Position numbers and translations under genes: made by a program. The notes under the pieces were generated by a model, which had not been told where the DNA came from, made no database searches, and saw only the letters and a program-made list of their open reading frames with translations. A stretch of 64,000 nt of DNA, from positions 682,001 through 746,000 of the forward strand of contig MU053472.1 of NCBI GenBank assembly GCA_013239625.1. Reading direction: 5' to 3'. The DNA is from Lama guanicoe. Its lineage: Eukaryota. Positions 63,521 to 64,000 of the stretch are shown piece by piece; position 1 is the stretch's first letter; the number at the start of each line of letters is the position of its first letter.

Positions 63521-64000
63521 TAAAAAAGGAAAACCTGCACATTTTTCACTTTCTACATCACTGTACCCTTATGGGTTATGTGTCAAAAGTATCTGGAAAA
63601 AAAAGTGAAATGAAATATTCAATTCCAAAAAAATGACAAAACTGCCCTCCTTCATATCACTGCATGATTTTAAAAAAGCATTAGTGAGTTTCTGTTATAT
63701 TGCTGTATCTAAATCTGGCTCCCACACTTGAAAAAAGGAAGAGGAGAAACTAAAGGAAGCCCAAATCATACAGATGGAAGGCAGATCCTGCAAGACAAGA
63801 CAAAAGAATATCTGCTTAACCTGAAAAAGAAAAATGTTAAGAAATGGATTAATAGTCTCCAAAATTCAAATGGCCAAACACACCAGAAAATATGCTTAGC
63901 CTTACCTAAAAAGAAAGAAAGAAAGAAAGAAAACAATGTGATATTTTTCTGATATTGCTTGATGCTGGCAAGAATGTGGGGAAAGGGGCACTCTCCATAT

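Larger units (their letters stand above)
1..64000 (-). other. AATF: Window lies entirely within the AATF transcription unit (part of intron 4 through part of intron 11)
   Basis: Seven ordered in-phase exons. I found neither the N-terminal exons nor the terminal exon (TELYRSLFG...) in the window. Intron sizes between the exons are 1184, 518, 1357, 23182, 1809 and 6596 nt. Confidence 0.85.

Noticed and set aside
1..64000. Prokaryotic-type systems (CRISPR arrays, operons, defence islands) or a novel multi-gene system
   Set aside because: The sequence is mammalian intron/exon DNA with no regularly spaced repeats or dense ORF clusters.

Overview
Mammalian genomic DNA, very likely camelid (three camelid-type tRNA-derived Vic-1-like SINEs). 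The whole window lies inside the AATF (Che-1/Traube) gene on the minus strand. Seven consecutive coding exons (equivalent to human exons 5-11 as I recall the numbering; 790 nt) splice in frame with consistent phases; one intron has a GC donor. The upstream exons lie beyond the right edge, and I did not find the terminal exon, which presumably lies beyond the left edge. The remainder is intron: L1, L2, MIR, MaLR LTR and DNA-transposon relics, plus several repeat-free, homeodomain-motif-rich blocks that look like long-range developmental enhancers (AATF neighbours LHX1 in mammals). The most notable observations are: a young L1 retaining 5'UTR, ORF1 and 3'UTR but with almost all of ORF2 removed at a splice-like junction (half-L1 or spliced retrocopy); an enhancer-like block bracketed by a perfect 12-bp inverted homeodomain site; the MIR2909-orthologous sequence inside an LTR; the GC-AG intron flanked by a UG repeat; and a Leu-to-Val change in the AATF leucine zipper. 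I see no convincing novel multi-gene system. Most ORFs in the track are spurious. Repeat subfamily names and human comparisons come from memory and need database confirmation.
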